NCBI GenBank assembly: GCA_010015585.1
Contig: ML975167.1
Direction: 5' to 3' (one strand)
DNA: 64,000 bases
DNA from: Eremomyces bilateralis CBS 781.70
Taxonomy: Eukaryota
In this document: positions 62,555 to 64,000 of the stretch, piece by piece
Numbering within the stretch: position 1 is the stretch's first letter
Layout: each line of letters begins with the position of its first letter
Notes under the pieces: generated by a model
The model's database searches: none
What the model was told of the DNA's origin: nothing
What the model saw: only the letters and a program-made list of their open reading frames with translations
Position numbers and translations under genes: made by a program

Positions 62555-64000
62555 ATGTCGTCGTCCACGTCCGCCTCGTCCAACGTCGTGGGCGTGCATT
62601 ATCGGGTCGGGAAGAAGATTGGCGAGGGCTCGTTCGGTGTCATCTTCGAGGGCACCAACTTGCTCAACAACCAGCAGGTCGCCATTAAATTTGTAGGTTC
62701 CGCCATCCGATACACTCCAAAGGCCTTGAGATACGAACATGTGCTGATTAGATCCAAATAGGAACCACGAAAGAGCGATGCCCCACAGCTAAGGGACGAG
62801 TACAGGACATACAAGATCTTGGTCGGCTGCCGTAAGTCCTGGTTTTTTTTATCTTTCTACATGAACGATATGGTGCAGCATGTGTATTGGACGGACGGGG
62901 TTTGGCATCCGATGTCTCATCCAACGCCATCAACGAAACACTCACCGCCATCCTGTACGGTCTAACTAACATGATACAGCTGGTATTCCTAATGTCTATT
63001 ATTTCGGCCAGGAAGGATTGCACAACATCTTGGTCATCGACCTGCTCGGACCCAGTCTGGAAGACCTCTTCGACCACTGCCATCGTCGCTTTACCGTCAA
63101 GACTGTGGTCATGGTTGCGAAACAAATGGTTGATCCCATCGATCTATTATGGTTACTTCTGCTAACGAAGTACAGCTGTCACGCGTCCAAACCATCCACG
63201 AGAAGAACCTGATTTACCGAGACATCAAACCTGACAACTTCCTGATCGGTCGCCCGGGCACCAAATCCGCAAATGTCATCCATGTCGTGGATTTCGGCAT
63301 GGCCAAACAATACCGAGACCCGAAGACGAAACAACACATCCCATATAGAGAAAGGAAGTCGTTATCAGGAACCGCCCGATACATGAGTATCAATACCCAC
63401 TTGGGACGAGAACAATCACGAAGAGACGACTTGGAGGCGCTGGGTCATGTTTTCATGTACTTCCTGCGTGGTGGGCTTCCATGGCAAGGACTGAAAGCGG
63501 CCACGAACAAGCAGAAGTACGAAAAGATTGGAGAGAAGAAGCAGTCGACCGCTGTCAAAGACTTGTGCGACGCCTATCCAGGTATGAACCTACTTGTTTT
63601 TGTTACATCTTATCCTCTTCTAACCTGATCCAGACCAATTCAACAAATACCTCCACTACGTCCGAAATCTGGGCTTCGAAGACCAACCCGACTATGATTA
63701 CCTTCGCGAACTCTTCACGTCTGTTCTCAAGGACACCGGCGAAGTTGAAGACGGCGAGTATGACTGGATGAAGCTGAACAACGGCAAGGGCTGGGAAGCC
63801 ATGAAGCTCCACCCTTCCGCCGCCCACCTCCAACACGGCGTCCCCAACTCCTCCGCCCGCGAGCTCCACGGCGCCCGCGCCCCCAAGACTCCCATGACCC
63901 ACGACCGCCTCAATGCCGACCTCCCAAAACCGGGAGCGGCCCGCGCCGCTCAGCCCGGCGCCTCCGCGGGTCGCCATCCCCAGCGCCGTGAGCCGGGCGG
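62555..64000 (+). CDS. Casein kinase I, YCK1/2 / Cki1 / CK1b type (3'-truncated by the window)
   Basis: [89 protein letters not shown] and DGEYDWM. Confidence 0.95.

Overview
Eukaryotic, intron-containing DNA from a filamentous ascomycete (Pezizomycotina). Evidence: short GT-AG introns with CTRAY branch points, a Zn2Cys6 factor and a fungal NACHT-ankyrin gene. I can support about 19 protein-coding loci, in order: a disrupted NACHT-ankyrin (NLR-like) gene, a small single-pass membrane ORF, MLH3, a Ser/Gly-rich hypothetical protein, a myo-inositol/sugar MFS transporter, a Zn2Cys6 transcription factor, an M20 amidohydrolase, TRAPPC13/Trs65, a DENN-domain protein, GUT2, a RUS1/DUF647 protein, an RGS protein, a mitochondrial carrier (NDT1/YIA6-like), QCR7, a YCII protein, YVH1, a C2H2 transcription factor, VFA1, NUP133 and the 5' part of a YCK/CK1b-type casein kinase I. 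I saw no tRNA, rRNA, CRISPR array or intact transposon, and nothing that is clearly a new multi-gene system. The best leads are: (i) a structured 407-nt intron in YVH1 resembling an H/ACA snoRNA; (ii) a spliced upstream frame overlapping the DENN start codon; (iii) an AUG-free 131-codon in-frame extension of the RGS gene; (iv) a recurrent C-rich to G-rich switch at gene 3' ends; (v) the NLR pseudogene with near-identical ankyrin repeats; (vi) a GC-AG intron in TRAPPC13. All exon boundaries were read by eye and need RNA-seq confirmation.
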